Source: Nitrospinales bacterium (lineage in GTDB: Bacteria > Nitrospinota > Nitrospinia > Nitrospinales > VA-1). From it: DNA of 64,000 bases. The stretch is taken from positions 2,016,001 to 2,080,000 of the forward strand of contig CBDCWG010000012.1 in NCBI GenBank assembly GCA_965223345.1, in the 5' to 3' direction. The stretch's first letter is position 1. Each line of letters starts with the position of its first letter. This document shows, in pieces, positions 49,334-59,088 of this stretch. The notes beneath the pieces were generated by a model. That model worked only from the letters and a program-made list of their open reading frames with translations. It was not told the DNA's origin and did no database searches. The translations under genes and the position numbers were made by a program.

Positions 49334-51619
49334 CTATTTGGAGGTGAGTGTGTACACGCCATCCCAGGATTCGGAAGGGTCGCGGTCCTTCATTTCCTGA
49401 CAGCGTTTGAGGAGGGTTTGTGAGGGGCCGTCATCCGGGCGCAGCGAAAGCACCTGCTGAAAAACGGCCTCCGCTTCGCGCCAACTCTGCTGCTTGTAGA
49501 GAGCCAGCCCGCTGTTGTAGAGCGGCAGCAGGGTCTGCATCGTTTCATCCAGCATGCCTTTTTTGCCCAGCAGTTCGTAGATTTTGACCGCGTTCTTGCG
49601 GCCCACCACACGGATGGAGTCCAGCTCCCGCACTTCGATGAATTCTTTCGCCTGCGCGTAGGTGGTCTCGCTGATCAAGGAATACGTCCCGTACACTTTG
49701 TTCGCGCCTTCCAGCCGCGCCGCGAGGTTGACGGAGTCGCCGTTCATGCCGTAAGCCATGCGGGTTTTCGTGCCCATGTTTCCCACCACCATGAGTCCCG
49801 TATTGAGCCCCACGCGCATATGGATCTCCGGTTTTCCCTCCCGCTTCCACTGATCTCTGAGCTCGGCGAGCCGCTCCTGCATTTCGATGCACACGAAGCA
49901 GGCGCGGGTGGCGTGATCCGCAAAATAGACGGGCGCGCCGAAAAACGCCTTGATGGCGTCGCCGTCGTAGCGGTCGAGCGTGCCTTCATAGCTCAGCAGG
50001 ATGTCCGTCATCGCGGTGAAGTATTCGTTGAGCAGCGAGACCAGTTCCTCGGGAGACAGTTTTTCCGAAAACGTGGTGAAGCCGGCAAGGTCCGTGAAGA
50101 ACGCGGTCAACTCCTTCTGTTCGCCTCCCAGTTTGAGCTGGTCCGGATCCTTCATGATCCGTTCGATAACCTTGGGGGACAGGTACTGGCTGAAGGTTTT
50201 CTGGATGAACTGTTTCTGCTTTTCCTCGGTGATGTAGCGCACCACCATCAGCCCCGAGAAGATCGTGAAGTGCTCGATGTGCAGGAACACGTTGGTCAGG
50301 AAGATCCGCTGATGCACAAACAGCCAGTGATTCATGAAAAACAGCGCCGCCGAAATGAGCAGCAACGCGCCGACGCCGTAAAGCGGCCGGATGCGCGTGT
50401 AAACGAACACCAGCGCCAGCCCCAAAACCAGAAGCAGCGTCGTGTCGGCCAGAGGCACCCATTGCGGCTGCAACAGCACCTGGTTTTTCAGAATATTGTC
50501 GATGACGGTTGCGTGGATCTCCACACCGGGAAGAATCGGGTCGAACGGCGTCACCTTCGTGTCGCCGAGGGCGGTGGCTGTCGCGCCGATGAGAACGATT
50601 TTGTCCTTGAGACCGCCCTTGGGAAAACGATCCTTGCGATCGTGCACGATGTCGGTGATGGAGATGTGCGGAAAGGTCCCGCGGCCGCCGAGGAAATTGA
50701 TGGCCAGCTCACCCTGCTCGTTCGCAGGAATGGCAAGCGGTTCGGCGCTGTCGAGAATCACGTTCTGAACACCTGACGGCGCCACCTTGAAAAACAGGCT
50801 GCCGCCCAGATACTTCTCCAGCACGCGCACCGAAAGCGGCGGGAAGAAATAATCAGTTTCGGTCTTTGCATCGCGGTAGCGGACGATGAGGGACAGCTTT
50901 CTCAGCGATCCGTCATGCTCTACATCGAAGCTGATGAACCCGGAGCGGCGCAGTTTCTTCGACAGAGTTTCCACATTGGATTCCACCGCATAGGCCGAGC
51001 GGAAATCGATCGCAGACAGATCGAGGTCCGGGCCGGACTGGATGAACCCGCCGAACTGGGCGGGCCGGATGTTCTCGAAATACCGGTGGCGCGTCTCCTC
51101 ATCCAGGTGCTGCACGGCTTCCGGCTCAAAGTGAAAAAAATACCCCAGCACCGCGCGCCGCGACTGGCGCAACACCTGAGCCAGTTGCAAATCGGGATCC
51201 TGGGCTTTGCGGTATTTGTCGATCAGGGCCGCCGCCTGCGTCTGCGGGCCGGAGAGGGCTTTGATCTCTTCTTCGAGCTGGTTCAGCGTGCGTTCGGTGG
51301 CGGTTTCTTCCACAGAGGAAAACACCAGGTCGAACCCGATCACCGCCACGTCGTTTTCCGTCAGCTTTTCCACCAGACGGGCCACCGTTTTGCGCGGCCA
51401 GGGCCAGCGCCCCAGCTCGTCCAGGCTCTTTTCGTCGATGGCGGCGACCACCACCTCCGGACCCGGCTTCACCGGTCCCCGCCACTGGAAATGGGCGTTC
51501 TGCAGCAGAAGCTCGAACCGGTGCAGGGCAGGGGGATAGACCCAATAGAGAGCCGTCACGGTCAACGTGATGGCGACCCCCAGCGCCCAGAAAAGGGCTG
51601 TTTTTTTCACTTTTTCCAT
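49334..51619 (-). CDS. CHASE2-domain class III nucleotide cyclase
   Basis: IDEKSL..LGRWPWPR (CHASE2), PGVEIHA, 3 TM, FTDLAGFT, GDA, GDSVNLAARLE, VVGRK; C-terminal TPR-like tail ending WDGVY. Confidence 0.9.
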   Translation of the reverse strand: MEKVKKTALFWALGVAITLTVTALYWVYPPALHRFELLLQNAHFQWRGPVKPGPEVVVAAIDEKSLDELGRWPWPRKTVARLVEKLTENDVAVIGFDLVFSSVEETATERTLNQLEEEIKALSGPQTQAAALIDKYRKAQDPDLQLAQVLRQSRRAVLGYFFHFEPEAVQHLDEETRHRYFENIRPAQFGGFIQSGPDLDLSAIDFRSAYAVESNVETLSKKLRRSGFISFDVEHDGSLRKLSLIVRYRDAKTETDYFFPPLSVRVLEKYLGGSLFFKVAPSGVQNVILDSAEPLAIPANEQGELAINFLGGRGTFPHISITDIVHDRKDRFPKGGLKDKIVLIGATATALGDTKVTPFDPILPGVEIHATVIDNILKNQVLLQPQWVPLADTTLLLVLGLALVFVYTRIRPLYGVGALLLISAALFFMNHWLFVHQRIFLTNVFLHIEHFTIFSGLMVVRYITEEKQKQFIQKTFSQYLSPKVIERIMKDPDQLKLGGEQKELTAFFTDLAGFTTFSEKLSPEELVSLLNEYFTAMTDILLSYEGTLDRYDGDAIKAFFGAPVYFADHATRACFVCIEMQERLAELRDQWKREGKPEIHMRVGLNTGLMVVGNMGTKTRMAYGMNGDSVNLAARLEGANKVYGTYSLISETTYAQAKEFIEVRELDSIRVVGRKNAVKIYELLGKKGMLDETMQTLLPLYNSGLALYKQQSWREAEAVFQQVLSLRPDDGPSQTLLKRCQEMKDRDPSESWDGVYTLTSK

Positions 51620-51864
51620 GCGGTCCGGCCGGTTTGCGGTTTCGATCAAAGAGCTTGAAAAACCGCCGATTATTCGGGGTTTTCCGCTCTCGAAACCCTG
51701 ATTCATGGGTGTGGATTGGTATAACTATAATTATAACAGTAATTTATAGATATAAAACATTGAAATTTTGTGTAAATTTGATTAACCTGATATTATCCAA
51801 ACACAGCAAAATTGCGCCGTAGAGCCGGTTTTTTTAGTCCATTTCAAACGAGCGACTGGGAATC

Positions 51865-53997
51865 ATGGAACTGACAAAGAAAGTGAATCAATTGCAGGCC
51901 GTCGAATGTCTGAGCTCCCTGCCGAAGGAGAGCATCGAGCATCTGGCATCGCAGTGCCAGGAAGTGAACCTGAGGGCCGACAACACCGTCTTTGAGGACG
52001 GCGAAGCCGGAGAATCGATGTTCATCGTGCTCTCGGGGTCGGTGGGGGTGTACAAGAAAAAGAAGAAGATCGCCACCCGCGGTCCCGGCGAGTTCATCGG
52101 CGAGATGGCGCTGCTGCAATCCGGCCCGCGTTCGGCGACCGCCCGCGCGATTTCGGACACCTGTCTGCTGGAGATCCGCAAGGACCATTTTCATTCTTAT
52201 CTGACGTCCAATTCCCAGGCGCTGTTCACGGTGCTCAAAACCCTGAGCGACCGTTCCCGGCAGGATCTGGAAAAGCTCGAAAACAGTTACGTCAAACTGC
52301 ACGCCCAGGAGAAATTGTCCCGAAGCCTGCTGCAGATTCTCGACAATTCCACCAACGAGATCTATATCTTCGACTCCACGTCGCTGCACTTCGTCCAGAC
52401 CAATTCCTGCGCCCGCGATCACCTGGGCTACAGCACGGAAGAAATGAAGAACATGACGCCTGCGGACATCATCCACGACCTGTCGCTGGAGGAGTTGAAA
52501 GGCAGTCTGAATCTGTTGCTGGATGAGATCAAGGACCAGCACACCATCCAGGGCATGCACCGCAGAAAAGACGGGTCCACCTATCCGGTGGAAATCCGCT
52601 TCGGCCTCGTGCCGTCGGAGACCCTGCCGCTTTTCGTGGCGCACGTGCAGGATCAGACCGAGCGGAAGCTGATGGAAGACAAGATCGACAACATCACCTA
52701 CCGCGACGCCCTCACGGGTCTGCCGAATCGCAAGTATTTCGTCGAAAGCCTGAACATCGCGATCGACGACGCCGGCCGCAGCAATCAGGAAATCGCCGTG
52801 ATGTGCCTCGATCTGGACAATTTCAAGACGGTCAACGACGCGATGGGCCGGGAGGCGGGCGACCTGCTGATCAAGGAACTGGCCCAGCACCTGCAACTGC
52901 ATTTCCGCAAGCTGGATCTCGTCGCGCACGCCGGCGGCGACGATTTTCTCGTCATGCTGCGGGAAATCCGCGGCGAGATGCAGGCCACCCAGGCGGTGGA
53001 GCGATTCGTCGAGACGTTGAAGCAGCCGTTTCAGGTGGTCGGGAAAGACATCCCCTGCACCTTCAGCATCGGCGTTTCCCGCTTTCCCGATCAGGGAATC
53101 ACCGCTCAGGATCTCATGATGCAGGCGGAAACCGCGCTCTATGCCGCCAAGGAGAAGGGCAAGAACAACTTCCTGCATTTCGATCCCTCGCTGCTCGTGC
53201 AGGCGGCGAAATTCCTGGACATCGAACGCGGACTGATCCAGGCGATGGAAAACGACGAACTGCTGTTGCATTACCAGCCGACGATCGATCTGAAAACCGG
53301 AAGCATCGTCGGCGTCGAAGCCCTGTGCCGCTGGAACCATCCGGAAAAAGGCATGGTGCCGCCGGGGGATTTCATTCCCGTGGCGGAAAAAAGCCAGCTC
53401 ATTCTGCCCCTGGGCGACTGGGTGCTCAAAACCGCCTGCGAGCAGTTCAAGGCGTGGCAGGAGATGGGCATCGACCTCAAATACATCGCGGTGAATTTTT
53501 CCGGCGTGCAGTTCAACAGCGAGAACCCGGTTCCGCGGGTTTCCGAGATCATCCAGAGCCTGAACCTGGATCCCAAACATCTGGAGCTTGAGATCACCGA
53601 AACCGTTCTGATGGGCAATTCGGAAGCGGCGATCGACACCCTGCAGGAACTCAGCGACCTGGGCATTCATCTCGCCATCGACGATTTCGGCACCGGTTAT
53701 TCCTCGCTCACCTATCTGAGCCGATTGCCCGTGGACACCCTGAAAATCGACCGCTCGTTCGTCTACGAGCTGCCGGAGGAAACCAGCGGCCTCATCGCCA
53801 AAACCATCGTCTCGCTGGGCAAGGGGCTGGAGATGAAAACCATCGCCGAAGGCGTGGAAACCGAGGAACAGAAAGCCTATCTGCAATCGATCGGCTGCGA
53901 TCTGATGCAAGGCTATCTGTTCAGCAAGCCCCTGCCCGAAGAGGAAATCACGAAGCTTTTGCAAGCGTCTGCAACCGGCTCTTTGCAACCCCGCTGA
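51865..53997 (+). CDS. cNMP-binding-PAS-GGDEF-EAL protein (probable c-di-GMP phosphodiesterase)
   Basis: GEFIGEMAL..PRSAT, GGDDF variant, EALCRW, DDFGTGYSSL, AEGVET, QGYLFSKP. Confidence 0.92.
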   Translation: MELTKKVNQLQAVECLSSLPKESIEHLASQCQEVNLRADNTVFEDGEAGESMFIVLSGSVGVYKKKKKIATRGPGEFIGEMALLQSGPRSATARAISDTCLLEIRKDHFHSYLTSNSQALFTVLKTLSDRSRQDLEKLENSYVKLHAQEKLSRSLLQILDNSTNEIYIFDSTSLHFVQTNSCARDHLGYSTEEMKNMTPADIIHDLSLEELKGSLNLLLDEIKDQHTIQGMHRRKDGSTYPVEIRFGLVPSETLPLFVAHVQDQTERKLMEDKIDNITYRDALTGLPNRKYFVESLNIAIDDAGRSNQEIAVMCLDLDNFKTVNDAMGREAGDLLIKELAQHLQLHFRKLDLVAHAGGDDFLVMLREIRGEMQATQAVERFVETLKQPFQVVGKDIPCTFSIGVSRFPDQGITAQDLMMQAETALYAAKEKGKNNFLHFDPSLLVQAAKFLDIERGLIQAMENDELLLHYQPTIDLKTGSIVGVEALCRWNHPEKGMVPPGDFIPVAEKSQLILPLGDWVLKTACEQFKAWQEMGIDLKYIAVNFSGVQFNSENPVPRVSEIIQSLNLDPKHLELEITETVLMGNSEAAIDTLQELSDLGIHLAIDDFGTGYSSLTYLSRLPVDTLKIDRSFVYELPEETSGLIAKTIVSLGKGLEMKTIAEGVETEEQKAYLQSIGCDLMQGYLFSKPLPEEEITKLLQASATGSLQPR

Positions 53998-54212
53998 AGC
54001 GCATTCCTCCACACGCAACACTTCCTCGAAAACCCTTCAAAATCCGGCGGTAAAAATACCGCGATCTGGGTATCAAGTTTTTAGCAGGCGTTTTTGCAAA
54101 AAATTGTCAGTTCCCATTCTCCTTGTCGTCATTCTTTTACAAGTCACAATTCTTACCAGAAATTCACACTGAAAAACCGCCCATTATTTTTAGCCGATTT
54201 GGGCGCTAAAAT

Positions 54213-54228
54213 TGGCACCCGACTTGCA
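54213..54228 (+). promoter_or_regulatory. Sigma54 (-24/-12) promoter
   Basis: TGGCACCCGACTTGCA is an exact TGGCAC-N5-TTGCA match, about 130 bp upstream of the FecR-domain gene. Confidence 0.75.
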
Positions 54229-54360
54229 ATTACACGGGTGTAAACCTGTGACCTTCTCTCGGCTACCCCGCAATGCAGGGGGCTGGGGTTGCGAATTTTT
54301 TAAGCATCGATTTCGAGTCTTTTAATAGAGAAACGCAGACCATTCTGGAGGAGTGGAATC

Positions 54361-55767
54361 ATGAAAACGCAAAATGGCAACAAACAGAATAAGGGGGCGA
54401 CCGTACGGCTCGTGCTGTTTCTGTTCGCCCTGACCTGGGTGGTACCTGTGCCCGGTGCGTTCGCCGCACTCAATAAAGATGAGGCGGTCAATCGCATCGA
54501 TTTCGTGCACATGATGGCTACGAATCAGCCCGAAAGCCCGCTGCTTCCTGATGGAATCTCCGGTCTTTCCAAACGGGGGATCTATGAGGCGGTGAAGAAG
54601 AGTCTCAAGCAGCAGGGCGTCAACGTCCTGGAAGACAAAACACCTCTCGGACCGTTGTCTCAGCAGGAATACGTGCGCCTGGCGTATGCGTTTTCCGGTG
54701 GCGATTCCGGCAAGAACCTGTATGAACAGAAGATGTATCTCAAGCAGGCAGGAATTTTGAAAACCGCCGACGTCGGTCTCACCACCGGTCTCGACGGCAA
54801 GCTGTATCAGACCCACAAAGGCCAGACGAGCAAACAGGAAGCGGAGCTGGCTTCTCCGGTGTTCATGAGCGACCGTCTGGAAACCGACTATTCTTCCAAG
54901 GCGATCTTCACCTTCGACGATCAGAGCACCCTCACCATGAGTGAAGATGCGACGGTCAATATCAGCAAGCACATCTACGACCCCGACAAGGACCTGCGCC
55001 AGACGGTGCTCAAGGCCACCCAGGGCGCGGTGCGGTTCGCCGTGACCAAGGGCAAAGCCAAAGGTTCCATGTTCAAAGTCGAGACCCCGACCGCCACTGC
55101 AGGAGTGCGGGGAACCGAGTTCGTCGTATTGCTCGATGAAAACGGCAAGACCACCTTTCTGACCCTGGAAGGGCAGATCGAAACCAAGTCGAACCATCCC
55201 GGCAACGCCGACAAATCCTATCTGATCTCCGCCGGGCAGTATCAGGAGTTTCTGGAAAATGGCACGGTGACGCCGGTTCGCAAGGCGCCTCCGGGACTCA
55301 TCAAGGAGGTCATGGCCAAAACCACAAAACCAAAGCGCATGGCTTTGGCTAAAGGCATCAGTAAAAACTTGGCCAAAAATGCGGCGAAAGGTGCGGCCAA
55401 AGCTGCGTGGGCTAAGGCCAAAGGTGCTGAAAAGGCCGCCTGGGGCAAGGCTCAAGGTGCGACAAAATCAGCCTTTGGTAAATCTCAAAGAGTCTTGAAA
55501 TCTTCCCTGGCAGATGTGAATACCGGGGGGGCAGCACGTGACTCCGCGAAAGGCGCAGCTCAGTTTGCGGCAAAAGATGCGGCGCAAAACGCGGCCAAGG
55601 ATGCGGCACAAAATGCGGCCAAAGACGCGGCCAAAGACGCGGCCAAAGACGCGGCCAAGGATGCGGCTAAATTAGCGGCCAAGGATGCGGCGAAAGGAGC
55701 CGCCAAGCAGGTGGTGAAAGAAGGGGGGCAAGGTGTGGGCAAGGGAAAAGGTAAAGGCCCGATTTGA
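54361..55767 (+). CDS. Exported FecR-domain protein with Ala/Lys-rich repeat tail
   Basis: Signal peptide (AFA), D.LET....A..TF.D.S.L, F.VETPTATAGVRGTEF, LEG; GGAGGAG RBS. Confidence 0.85.
   Translation: MKTQNGNKQNKGATVRLVLFLFALTWVVPVPGAFAALNKDEAVNRIDFVHMMATNQPESPLLPDGISGLSKRGIYEAVKKSLKQQGVNVLEDKTPLGPLSQQEYVRLAYAFSGGDSGKNLYEQKMYLKQAGILKTADVGLTTGLDGKLYQTHKGQTSKQEAELASPVFMSDRLETDYSSKAIFTFDDQSTLTMSEDATVNISKHIYDPDKDLRQTVLKATQGAVRFAVTKGKAKGSMFKVETPTATAGVRGTEFVVLLDENGKTTFLTLEGQIETKSNHPGNADKSYLISAGQYQEFLENGTVTPVRKAPPGLIKEVMAKTTKPKRMALAKGISKNLAKNAAKGAAKAAWAKAKGAEKAAWGKAQGATKSAFGKSQRVLKSSLADVNTGGAARDSAKGAAQFAAKDAAQNAAKDAAQNAAKDAAKDAAKDAAKDAAKLAAKDAAKGAAKQVVKEGGQGVGKGKGKGPI
55560..55710 (+). repeat. 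12-bp coding tandem repeat (AAKD/AAQN)
   Basis: GCGGCCAAAGAC x3 exact at 55615-55650 within a degenerate array. Confidence 0.85.
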
Positions 55768-55819
55768 TTCTCAACCCTTTCAAATTCTCATTTGCTTGAT
55801 TTAAAGTGAGAAAGTTTAT

Positions 55820-55853
55820 AACCGGGTCCGCTCTGGCGGGCCCGGTTTTTTTT
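55820..55853 (+). terminator. Rho-independent terminator
   Basis: AACCGGGTCCGC-tctg-GCGGGCCCGGTT followed by a T-tract. Confidence 0.8.
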
Positions 55854-55940
55854 ATTCGTATTTGCGAAGCGAAAAAGATTGGCATGCAGAAATTTTCCGG
55901 TATAATCCCGGAAAATCACTGAGAAACATGGTTTTACTCG

Positions 55941-57338
55941 ATGCCTCCTGTTCGCTTCGCCCGTACTGCATTCATTGGCATTCTGATATCGTTGCTGCTC
56001 GCACTGGGCCTCGTTCCCATTGCGGCCCAGGAATCCGCCGAGGAGTTGTATTCCAGAGGGCTCGGCCACCTGCAGGCAAAAGACTTCGAAAAAGCCGCCC
56101 AGGCCATCAACGACGCCTTGGCGCTGCAATCGAATCTGGATGGAGCGCGCCTCAACCTCGGCATCGCCTATTTTCAACTGGGCAAGTATGACGAGGCCCT
56201 GCAAACCCTGAATGAAGCGCTGGGAGAAAACCCCGACAGCGGCACGCTGCATTTTTTCGCGGCGCTCACCCATCAGGGCCGGAAAGACCACGAACAATCC
56301 ATCCACCACTTTGAAGAAGCGGCGCGGCTGGACAGCGAATACAACCAGCTTTCCGCCTACAACATCGGGCTGGCGCATTTTCATACCGGCAAGCGCGAGC
56401 TCTCCGCCAGGGCGCTGAACCAGGCCATTCAGTACGATCCCAAGACCGACATCGCCAGGGAAGCGGAAAAGATGCTGCAGGCCGTCGAAGCGCAGAAGGA
56501 AAAGAAACGCCTTTCCGCTTCCGCTTCGGTGGGCATCGAGTACGACGACAACGTCACGGTGGACGAACTCGACCAGACTACCAACCTCGACGATTTCGCC
56601 ACGGTCTTCGAGTTTTCCGGCGCCTACAAATTGCTGGCGGGTGAAAAATACGAAGTGGAGGCGGGCTACGATTTTTTCCAGAGCCTCTACGACGATCTGT
56701 CGGCGTTCGACCTGCAATCGCACCTGTTTTCCTTGACCGGCTCGCGCGAGATCAAAGGGGTGGATCTGGGACTCAACACGATCTACAACCGCACCATCCT
56801 GGATGACGACAAACTCCTGGAAATCTATTCCGCTTCCCCAAGCGTTGGTTTTTTCATGTTGCCGACGGTGTACTCGACCCTGAACTACGCCTACCGGACG
56901 ATCAATTTTTTCGACGATGACGATCGCGACAGCCAGAACCACAGCGTCGGCATCAACAATTACCTGTTCTTCATGGGCAGCAAAGGCTTCGTGAACGCGG
57001 GTTACACCTTCGAGAACGAAATCACCACGGGCCGGGAGTTCGGCTTTTTCGGCCACTTCGTCACCGCCGGCGTGCAGTCGCCGATACCGGGAACGGATTG
57101 GGATACGCGGGTGATTCTGGGCTACAAGTATTTTTTCAAGGACTACAAAGAAGTCACCGCCAGCATCGGCGAGGAACGCGCCGATTACCGGCACACCCTG
57201 CAGTTCGGCATCGAGCAGCCGCTGTTCAAGTTCTTCAAGGCCAAGCTCGACTACCAGTACATCAACAGCACCTCCAACCTCGCATCCTCCGATTTCGACG
57301 AGAACATCGTCAACTTTTCCATCTCGGCGTACTACTAG
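55941..57338 (+). CDS. TPR + outer-membrane beta-barrel protein (SLAM/DUF560-like architecture)
   Basis: Signal peptide, 4-5 TPRs, GIEYDDNV barrel start, N.SNL...DFDEN, terminal aromatic residue (SAYY). Confidence 0.8.
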   Translation: MPPVRFARTAFIGILISLLLALGLVPIAAQESAEELYSRGLGHLQAKDFEKAAQAINDALALQSNLDGARLNLGIAYFQLGKYDEALQTLNEALGENPDSGTLHFFAALTHQGRKDHEQSIHHFEEAARLDSEYNQLSAYNIGLAHFHTGKRELSARALNQAIQYDPKTDIAREAEKMLQAVEAQKEKKRLSASASVGIEYDDNVTVDELDQTTNLDDFATVFEFSGAYKLLAGEKYEVEAGYDFFQSLYDDLSAFDLQSHLFSLTGSREIKGVDLGLNTIYNRTILDDDKLLEIYSASPSVGFFMLPTVYSTLNYAYRTINFFDDDDRDSQNHSVGINNYLFFMGSKGFVNAGYTFENEITTGREFGFFGHFVTAGVQSPIPGTDWDTRVILGYKYFFKDYKEVTASIGEERADYRHTLQFGIEQPLFKFFKAKLDYQYINSTSNLASSDFDENIVNFSISAYY

Positions 57339-57629
57339 CGCCGGGATTCAATTCATTGAAGCCCCCATCCACTCCCCATCGAGCTGATTCCGTATTGTTA
57401 AGCTCATAAACTGAACCTGTTAAGAAACCCATAGATTGCCACCTCGTTTCTCTGGAAAATCATCGTGATCATTGGTGATTTTTTTGCCCTTCTCAAACCA
57501 AATCCTAACCTGGGAAAGCTAGAATGAATGCTGTTTTTCCATGAATTCATATGCCATTGAGCGGCGACCGGCCTCGCACGGCCACACACCATAAAAAAAT
57601 CGGCCGCCGTCGAACGATAAGGAGAAGAA

Positions 57630-59078
57630 ATGACCGGAGAACTTCTCAAACAGGCGGTGACGCTTCCTTTGCGTCCCGTTGAAGAATCTCACCCCGTTTG
57701 CGTGCATCCGACCATTTTCCGCGAGTCGGACATCCGCGGTCTGGTCGGCGACCAGCTCACTGCGGAGACGGTGGAAACGATCGGCAAGGCCATCGGCACG
57801 TTCATGCGGCGGGGAGGCGGCAAGTTTTTGTGTCTGGGGCGCGACGTCCGGGAAAGCTCCGACCTGTTCCGCGCCGCACTGTCCGGCGGCCTGATTTCGA
57901 CCGGCTGCCATCTCATCGATATCGGCCGCGTTCCGACACCGGTGTTTTATTTCGCTTTGCACCACCTGGAGCTGGACGGCGGCGTGATGATCACCGGCAG
58001 CCACAATCCTTCCGACTACAACGGATTCAAGATCTGCAACGGAATCCACACGCTGCACGGTGGTGCGATTCAAATGCTCCGGTTCCTGATCGAAAAAAAC
58101 GACTTTGAAACCGGGCACGGCAGGATCTGGGAAACCGACGTGAGGGAAGACTACATCGACAAAATCACCGGCCTGACGACGCTTTCCCGTCCCTTGAAGG
58201 TGGTGGTGGACGGGGGCAATGCCTGTTTCGGCCTGGTCGGCCCGCAGCTTTTGCGGCGTCTGGGGCTGGATATTGTGGAGCTTTATTGCGAACCGGACGG
58301 CAGTTTTCCGAATCATCACCCGGACCCGACGGTGGCGGACAATCTGTTAGAATTGCAGAAGAAGGTTTTACAGCACGGTGCCGACCTGGGAATCGGTTTC
58401 GACGGCGATGTGGACCGGATCGGCGTGGTGGATGAAACGGGGCAGATGATCTATGGCGACGAGCTGCTGATGCTGTTCGCCCGCGATGTGCTCGAACGCC
58501 ACCCCAACGCCAGCGTCATCGGCGAGGTCAAATGCTCGCAGCATCTGTTCGACGACATCCGCAATCACGGCGGCGTTCCCATCATGACGGCGGTCGGGCA
58601 TTCCCTGATCAAGAAGAAAATGTGGGAGACCGGCGCGCTGCTGGCAGGAGAGATGAGCGGCCACATCTGCTTCGCCGACGATTACCTCGGTTATGACGAC
58701 GCCATTTTCGCGGCCTGCCGGTTGCTGCAGATCCTGTCGGCGTCCGAGCGCAGCCTGGGAGACCGGGTGGCAGCGCTTCCCAAAGCGGTCACGACGCCGG
58801 AGATCCGGGTGGACTGCGCGGACGAGAGCAAGTTTGCGGTCGTCAAGGAACTCAAGCGGAGGTTCCAGGACCGCTATCCCATCGTGGACATCGATGGCAT
58901 CCGGCTCGATTTCGGCGACGGCTGGGCGCTGGTGCGGGCCTCCAACACCCAGCCGGTGCTGACGTTGCGGTTCGAGGCCGACAGCCGGGAGCGGCTGAAC
59001 GAAATCCAGAAGATCGTGCAGGAACCGCTCAAACGCATCGACGCAAGCCTGATGTTCTACCCGACCCTGAAACCCTGA
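57630..59078 (+). CDS. Phosphomannomutase/phosphoglucomutase (AlgC-like)
   Basis: FRESDIRG, ITGSHNP, FDGDVDR, GEMSGH, VRASNT.P. Confidence 0.93.
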   Translation: MTGELLKQAVTLPLRPVEESHPVCVHPTIFRESDIRGLVGDQLTAETVETIGKAIGTFMRRGGGKFLCLGRDVRESSDLFRAALSGGLISTGCHLIDIGRVPTPVFYFALHHLELDGGVMITGSHNPSDYNGFKICNGIHTLHGGAIQMLRFLIEKNDFETGHGRIWETDVREDYIDKITGLTTLSRPLKVVVDGGNACFGLVGPQLLRRLGLDIVELYCEPDGSFPNHHPDPTVADNLLELQKKVLQHGADLGIGFDGDVDRIGVVDETGQMIYGDELLMLFARDVLERHPNASVIGEVKCSQHLFDDIRNHGGVPIMTAVGHSLIKKKMWETGALLAGEMSGHICFADDYLGYDDAIFAACRLLQILSASERSLGDRVAALPKAVTTPEIRVDCADESKFAVVKELKRRFQDRYPIVDIDGIRLDFGDGWALVRASNTQPVLTLRFEADSRERLNEIQKIVQEPLKRIDASLMFYPTLKP

Positions 59079-59088
59079 TTTCCAATGT

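Noticed and set aside
51844..54021. 725-aa minus-strand ORF
   Set aside because: The familiar antisense frame of GGDEF-EAL genes; the plus-strand gene carries all the catalytic motifs
54233..54300. Hairpins in the FecR-gene leader as a possible c-di-GMP riboswitch
   Set aside because: The characteristic GEMM-type conserved segments were not recognisable
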